NCBI GenBank assembly: GCA_000934665.2
Contig: KZ538221.1
Coordinates: 62,001-98,284, forward strand
Length of the DNA stretch: 36,284 nucleotides
Direction: 5' to 3'
Source: Catajapyx aquilonaris
Taxonomy: Eukaryota
Shown: piece by piece, positions 33,001-36,284 of the stretch
How the letters are laid out: each line of letters begins with the position of its first letter
Numbering within the stretch: the first letter of the stretch is position 1
Made by a program: the position numbers and the translations under genes
Notes under the pieces: model-generated
What the model saw: only the letters and a program-made list of their open reading frames with translations
Told to the model about the DNA's origin: nothing
Databases searched by the model: none

Positions 33001-33879
33001 ACTGTTAGTGTTCCAATCCGTTATAATTTGTGCAATTATATATGAAATTAAATAATAAATTTATTAATGTTTTTAAAATCTGCAGAGTGGGAAGACACCT
33101 CTGTACATCGCAGCCAGAGGGAGCTTCACTGCTATAGTGGACATGATAATCAAAACTACCCGTATTCTGATTCCGGAAGTGAGTTTGTGGCTGTTGTCCT
33201 GCCTGTTTGGAACACCATGTAATCATAAATGTCTTTGTGCGCAGGAAGAGGAGAAGATGGATGAGTTGGGCCACTTCAACAATGTGCCCAACAATACCCA
33301 GGGCAAATCCTCTGGTAGCAAGGAGGATACTCGTCAACACGAGAAGCTTCGTGAGGTCCTGTGGAGACTGGCCTACAAGCATTTGGGTCCAGGGGAGTGG
33401 AAGAAGCTGGCCTTACACTGGAAGTTCACAGAAGACCAGATCCAGGCCATCGAGCACCAGTACACAGGTACAGTACAGTGTCTGTACAATGTATGATGAT
33501 CATATTTTGAAAGAGGGAAGCAGCTTGGTTCAGTGAATAAGATACAAGGAAAACTGGTTGAGCTGGTGAACCAGTTTGTATATCTGGGTTCTTTCAGGGC
33601 CGTCCAGCTACAAAGAGCATGGTTTCCGGATGCTGCTGATCTGGTATGCTGGGCTTCCTCCAGGTCAGCATCCGACTAAGAATCTTTATGAGAGCCTGGT
33701 GGCAGTAGACAAACAGAAAGTGGCTGGTGAGTTGGGCTGAGTTCACACGAATGTCGCTGTCGGTTGTACAGTCCTAACAGCTCCTTCCTTATACAGACAC
33801 GATCAGGAAGAAGGTGGACGAAGGCTACGATAAGCAGAAGACGAGCAGAAGATGCTGCCAGTCCTGCAGCATCTTGTGA
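18069..33879 (+). CDS. ANKDD1A: Ankyrin repeat and death domain-containing protein (ANKDD1A-like), 13 coding exons, 563 aa from ATG 18069, C-terminal CaaX
   Basis: join(18069-18091,21039-21178,26625-26728,30207-30305,31249-31347,31784-32185,32297-32395,32452-32550,32613-32711,33086-33178,33245-33467,33598-33726,33797-33879) = 1692 nt; all junctions GT..AG and in phase. 11 ankyrin repeats (G.TPLH.A-type) followed by a death domain (EWKKLALHWKFTEDQIQAIEHQYTG..SYKEHGFRMLLIW). The first two exons are inferred from splice signals and phase only. Confidence 0.85.
18967..19212 (-). mobile_element. tRNA-derived SINE with 13-14 bp target-site duplication
   Basis: Minus strand has A box TGGCATAGTGG, B box GGTTCGAATCC and a body (ccgtggttttc..aattccgggg..ggccagagccgcttccttcc) resembling arthropod SINE cores; direct repeats ttatattaggcta(c) at 18953 and 19213. 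Confidence 0.88.
19226..19566. mobile_element. Tc1/mariner-type hairpin MITE (CAGTGCTGGACAT TIR, TA TSD), copy 1
   Basis: TA|cagtgctggacat..atgtccagcactg|TA; ~150-bp arms with a (GGC)n tract. Confidence 0.92.
19764..20103. mobile_element. CAGTGCTGGACAT MITE, copy 2
   Basis: Same termini and TA flanks; right arm and downstream flank duplicate copy 1. Confidence 0.92.
21039..21178 (+). CDS. ANKDD1A: ANKDD1A-like exon, low-complexity N-terminus
   Basis: tgtag|C..AGA G|gtaaga; RRSSSKADEWESSQGSSPPKAQQKHQQHRPSLVSQDGQPISIRDPR; phase 2 in and phase 1 out fit both neighbours. Confidence 0.7.
21190..22100. repeat. Degenerate ~57-60 bp tandem repeat
   Basis: About 15 copies of gtcaatagtaacctgatactatcga..tccagtagtatca..aaattgat, starting just after the donor at 21178. 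Confidence 0.85.
22806..22954. mobile_element. Small hairpin MITE (CCAGGTAGCAC..GTGCTACTTGG ends)
   Basis: ~65-bp inverted arms with internal ggatatcc subrepeats; no clear TSD. Confidence 0.75.
23360..23618. mobile_element. Hairpin MITE (AGTAGTGTGAATTTT TIR family)
   Basis: agtagtgtgaattttcggagtcccac..gtgggactcccaaaattcacactact; ~110-bp arms; second copy at 7172-7485. Confidence 0.85.
23638..23918. mobile_element. Hairpin element with (ACG)n/(AAC)n centre
   Basis: ttttgtatcggtttcgattgatggtc..aaagcagtgtgcgc is inverted as gcgcacactgctttc..gaccatcaatcgaaacccatacaaaa. Confidence 0.7.
24332..24547. repeat. ~100-bp-arm inverted duplication
   Basis: gacagcctc..ggaagtgacgtcaaaccagcctaatatcgc.. 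mirrored as ..gcgatattaggctggtttgacgtcacttcc..gaggctgtc. Confidence 0.85.
24630..25350. repeat. Degenerate ~190-205 bp tandem repeat plus terminal ~48-bp tandem units
   Basis: atgcaacctaa(t/c)attag at 24632, 24822 and 25027; aaataacatgaaaggtatctgttttaaaataaccatattaac about 3 times at 25205-25350. Confidence 0.8.
26225..26576. mobile_element. Hairpin MITE, CAGGGAGCATA TIR, 7-bp TSD (P-superfamily-like)
   Basis: accgtac|cagggagcatatacta..tagtatatgctccctg|accgtac; perfect 7-bp TSD; ends 48 nt before the exon acceptor at 26625. Confidence 0.9.
26625..26728 (+). CDS. ANKDD1A: ANKDD1A-like exon, ankyrin repeat 1
   Basis: tttcttcttcag|TG..AAT|gtgagt; VLKNDLLLHEAVIKNDSDAVREILKEPVDVNSRNN. Confidence 0.88.
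28688..29069. mobile_element. CAGTGCTGGACAT MITE, copy 3 (loop in opposite orientation; ~35-bp insertion in right arm)
   Basis: TA|cagtg..cactg|TA; extra caaagagttctgctattatataatataatacctaga at ~28942-28977. Confidence 0.9.
29073..29655. mobile_element. CAGGGAGCATA MITE, copy 2, with nested insertion
   Basis: Arms match 26225-26576; right TSD gtaatac (29656-29662); left TSD gtaata|c is split by the 28688 MITE. Confidence 0.9.
29201..29429. mobile_element. Nested hairpin element with (GAGGCGA)n arms
   Basis: gatattccggaatccccccc..cacgcactgagtt mirrored as aactcagtgcgtg..gggggattccggaatatc; absent from the 26225 copy. Confidence 0.85.
30207..30305 (+). CDS. ANKDD1A: ANKDD1A-like exon, ankyrin repeat 2 (99 nt)
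   Basis: ttgcag|TAT..AAG|gtactc; YGRTPIYWAASRGSTDIIEMLINAKCDIEAKDK. Confidence 0.93.
30642..30976. mobile_element. GC-rich element bounded by 37-bp inverted repeats
   Basis: tattatgtgattcacgagtcctggcctgttaggctcc (30642-30678) vs ggagcctaacaggccaggactcgtgaatcgcataata (30940-30976), 1 mismatch. Confidence 0.7.
31249..31347 (+). CDS. ANKDD1A: ANKDD1A-like exon, ankyrin repeat 3 (99 nt)
   Basis: ttccag|TAC..AAG|gtacac; YGMRPLLTAAWHGHKEAVQQLINSGANMQAVNK. Confidence 0.93.
31784..32185 (+). CDS. ANKDD1A: ANKDD1A-like exon, ankyrin repeats 4-7 (402 nt)
   Basis: ttccag|AAA..CTG|gtatga; KSYGLLTCAARNN..GQTPLFHASANGH..KQTPLIAACEKGH..GNSALHVAVENL..DVDMENL. Confidence 0.95.
32297..32395 (+). CDS. ANKDD1A: ANKDD1A-like exon, ankyrin repeat 8 (99 nt)
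   Basis: tattag|AAA..AAA|gtgagt; KGNTPMHIASSLGCQGILESLFQAGCSLSIKNK. Confidence 0.93.
32452..32550 (+). CDS. ANKDD1A: ANKDD1A-like exon, ankyrin repeat 9 (99 nt)
   Basis: tttcag|CAT..GCG|gtaatt; HGNTPIHLACLSNQLETVEKLLEHGSQVNDVNA. Confidence 0.93.
32613..32711 (+). CDS. ANKDD1A: ANKDD1A-like exon, ankyrin repeat 10 (99 nt)
   Basis: cggcag|CGA..CAG|gtgcgt; RLQSPIHIAAEQGYTDICKVLMEAGANLNQKEQ. Confidence 0.93.
33086..33178 (+). CDS. ANKDD1A: ANKDD1A-like exon, ankyrin repeat 11
   Basis: ctgcag|AGT..GAA|gtgagt; SGKTPLYIAARGSFTAIVDMIIKTTRILIPE. Confidence 0.92.
33245..33467 (+). CDS. ANKDD1A: ANKDD1A-like exon, linker and N-half of death domain
   Basis: gcgcag|GAA..ACA G|gtacag; ..EKLREVLWRLAYKHLGPGEWKKLALHWKFTEDQIQAIEHQYT. 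Confidence 0.92.
33598..33726 (+). CDS. ANKDD1A: ANKDD1A-like exon, C-half of death domain
   Basis: ctttcag|GG..GCT G|gtgagt; GPSSYKEHGFRMLLIWYAGLPPGQHPTKNLYESLVAVDKQKVA. Confidence 0.92.
33797..33879 (+). CDS. ANKDD1A: ANKDD1A-like terminal coding exon
   Basis: ccttatacag|AC; DTIRKKVDEGYDKQKTSRRCCQSCSIL-TGA. Confidence 0.88.
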
Positions 33880-34079
33880 CTACCATACTCCAAAATCAAC
33901 AGAATTTGTGTACACGTATTATTATTTATGTCCAACATATCTTGTATACGACGAACGTTACACGATGGGATACTGATATATATTTTTATGACAACAAAAT
34001 GGAGAAAGAGAGTACCTACTGTAGGTGTATCCGGTTCTACATCCGTTATGAGCCAATATGTTTCCATGAGCCTTACGTA

Positions 34080-34085
34080 AATAAA
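34080..34085 (+). promoter_or_regulatory. Candidate polyadenylation signal
   Basis: AATAAA about 200 nt after the stop, followed by GT-rich ggttgtggtgtt. Confidence 0.4.
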
Positions 34086-34426
34086 ACCAGGATTAAAACC
34101 GAGAGGTTGTGGTGTTACTGAGATAAAATTGTCCCATTTTAAAGGGATGAAATTTAAAAAAAAGTTAACCCAATTTAAAGAATATAAATTGAAGCTCAGG
34201 AAAAGAGAGACAAAATAATAAGTCATTGTTGAATGTACGACATAGTGTAATTTCATGTATACATATCACGTCACTTAGTTAACAAAACCAATTAGATATT
34301 TACATCGATAACATCTTTTATCTTGAATCAGTGCATGATTCTTCTGTTATATTATCTTGGATTATAATTCGACACTCATAAAATTAGGGGAAATGTCCTG
34401 ACTAAAATAGTCTGAATGTGCTGTAT

Positions 34427-34770
34427 ATATATTTTAGACTTTTTCGAAGAAAAAAACTGTCTGTCTGTCCCATACGGCCTAGGCTTTGTGAGTTAAATAA
34501 AATTATTATTATTTAAAAAAAAAACTGTCTGTCTGTCTGTCTGATACCTGTCGACAGACAGACAGACAGACAGACAGACAGAGCGCCGTTCTATAAGACT
34601 TTTTTCTTCGAAAATGTCTAAAATATAGAGTGAAATATACATTTAGACCTTTTGGAAGAAAAAAAGCCTTATAGAACGGCTATGTCTGTCTGTCTGTCTG
34701 TGGACATGTATCAGACAGACAGACAAAGCCGTGCTGTAAGACTTTTTTTCCGATTTCGCACATATATTTT
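34427..34770. mobile_element. Cluster of DINE-1/HINE-like 5' ends with (CTGT)n/(CAGA)n microsatellites in opposite orientations
   Basis: tttagac(t/c/a)tttt(c/g)gaagaaaaaa..(ctgt)n..gaca(g/t)gtatcag occurs forward (34433 truncated, 34643) and reverse (ending ~34625); shares ctgtggacaggtatcag with ~15537. Confidence 0.55.
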
Positions 34771-35481
34771 GCGAAAATGTACAAAACGAAACGGACATTT
34801 AAATTGGAACCCATTCAGCACGTGCCACCTTCTGCGTGGAATTATTCTCGGTGTGTATTGCAGAATTTTGCCAAACCTGCATGTTCTGAGCCGTTTGCGA
34901 ATATTTGAACCGTCGGAAAATTGGCTCGCAGATAGTGACCATGCCACCTATCTAGTTTCAGTCATTGTCGGCCTGCGATATTCCGGCGCGGCAGAAGAAG
35001 GAATCGAAGATAACCCGATAGTACGTCTAGTCGCCAAGGAGTATACTATATGGCTAAGCGACATGATTGTAATACAGGGTGTTCCGCTTAAAGGTACCAA
35101 TAAAAGAAAAATTCATAACTTACAACGTACAAGTTGTAATGACAGAAGGTGTGACTGCGAGGGGTTCATCATTTATATTCATATTGTACGAGTATAGGCA
35201 TGTCATTGGAGAGAAAGTATAATTAATCGAATGACACGTGGCAGTCCAGATCGATCATGGCCTTTCAGTGCCATGTGTGGAAACTATAACAATCTTTCAC
35301 AACTCTACATAATTAGTCCAGATAATAGGTGCAGATAAATGCCCTTGCGACATAGTGAAGGTGTACACTTCTGGTAGGTAATAATTGCTGTTGCCACAGA
35401 GTAGGTGAATATCGGTGAATATGGCCCCCCAAATGCCTACATGGCGTGGCACATAATATATGAGTGAGTTAGAACTTAGAA

Positions 35482-36203
35482 GCCATGAAGTCTGTTGGAC
35501 GTGTCCTGGTGTGGCTGGTGATGATTGTGAGAATAGTGTTGGGAAATAACTTTGGAGCATACTGTATGTTGTGTCAGTTACCACCATGGTATCGGAGAGA
35601 ATGTGATGGAACTACCGACGCGTGTTAGGACCGTTCGATCTTGGCCGTTCAATGCCGAGTGTGGAAACCGTTGGTGGAAACTATCGCAATCATTCTAACC
35701 TCGTGTAATAAGTCCAGGTACTAGGTGAAGATAAAGGCATTGCAACATAGGGCAGTGTACTCTTCCGGTATAGGTAATTGCTCTTTCCACAGAGGTAGCC
35801 TACAGGTGGCCTCCGAAATGCTATCTTGGCACATATTACGTGATTGTGAGCCAGCAGAAATGGAGTCGGTTGGACGAGTCCTGGTGTGGCTTTCTGGAAA
35901 GGTGATAGTAATCCGAGTTGTAATACGCATAAGTGGGCATAGTTTGCCCGTTGGAACCTGAAGGCCCTTCAGGTTCCAACAGACAAACTATGTTATGCGT
36001 CATTATCCCAATCATACATGCCATCTTCTAATCTGATATAGCAAGGTAATTGGCATAGCTAAGGGTCTCTCGGAAAGCGTACGTCGCAGCGAATACTGCC
36101 TACGTGGCACAGAATAAGTGCTTGTTAGCCAGCAGTCATGGAGTCGTTTGGACGTGTCCTAGTGTGGCTGGCGATGATTGTGAGACTAGTGTTGGGAAAT
36201 AAC
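35482..36203. repeat. Three diverged direct copies of a 35-70 bp motif
   Basis: atg(a/g)agtc..ttggacg(t/a)gtcct(g/a)gtgtggct near 35485, 35860 and 36138; copies 1 and 3 extend through gatgattgtgaga.tagtgttgggaaataac. Confidence 0.7.
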
Positions 36204-36284
36204 ATTAGCCTGGACAAGGATTCGGAGGAGGACGAGTCTGTGTCCCGACTGGTGGGACACGTCCTTCGGAGGGCGGATCTGGCT

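Noticed and set aside
31829..33382. Antisense ORFs 31829-32251 and 33005-33382
   Set aside because: Shadow frames of the ankyrin/death-domain exons with no independent coding signal.
34652..35197. 181-aa ORF, the longest in the track
   Set aside because: Starts at TTG inside a microsatellite-bearing repeat and runs into a transposon end; no recognisable domain.

Overview
Eukaryotic (invertebrate, most likely arthropod) genomic DNA, AT-rich and repeat-dense. No prokaryotic operon or CRISPR array is present. Two intron-containing protein genes lie on the + strand. (1) The 3' part of a proprotein convertase of the PC1/3 (PCSK1) type: end of the subtilase domain, P domain and tail, with exons 302-520, 1479-1645, 1905-2038, 2130-2258 and probably 3878-3999. 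(2) A 13-exon ankyrin-repeat + death-domain gene (ANKDD1A-like, 18069-33879, 563 aa from the first visible ATG, 11 ankyrin repeats) whose protein ends in a CaaX box (RRCCQSCSIL*). An elongator tRNA-Met(CAU) gene lies on the - strand at 2806-2878, followed by a genomic CCA. The rest is non-autonomous mobile DNA: several hairpin MITE families (TA-flanked Tc1/mariner-type, and a 7-bp-TSD P-like family with a probable 20-bp excision footprint), a tRNA-derived SINE with TSD, DINE-1/HINE-like elements, degenerate minisatellites and perfect palindromes. Almost all ORFs in the supplied track are repeat artefacts. I found no convincing new multi-gene system. The best leads are the prenylation signal on the ANK-DD protein and the transposon architecture (P-like MITEs and footprint, end-swapped MITE core, ordered nesting). 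All splice models were read by eye and are not transcript-verified.
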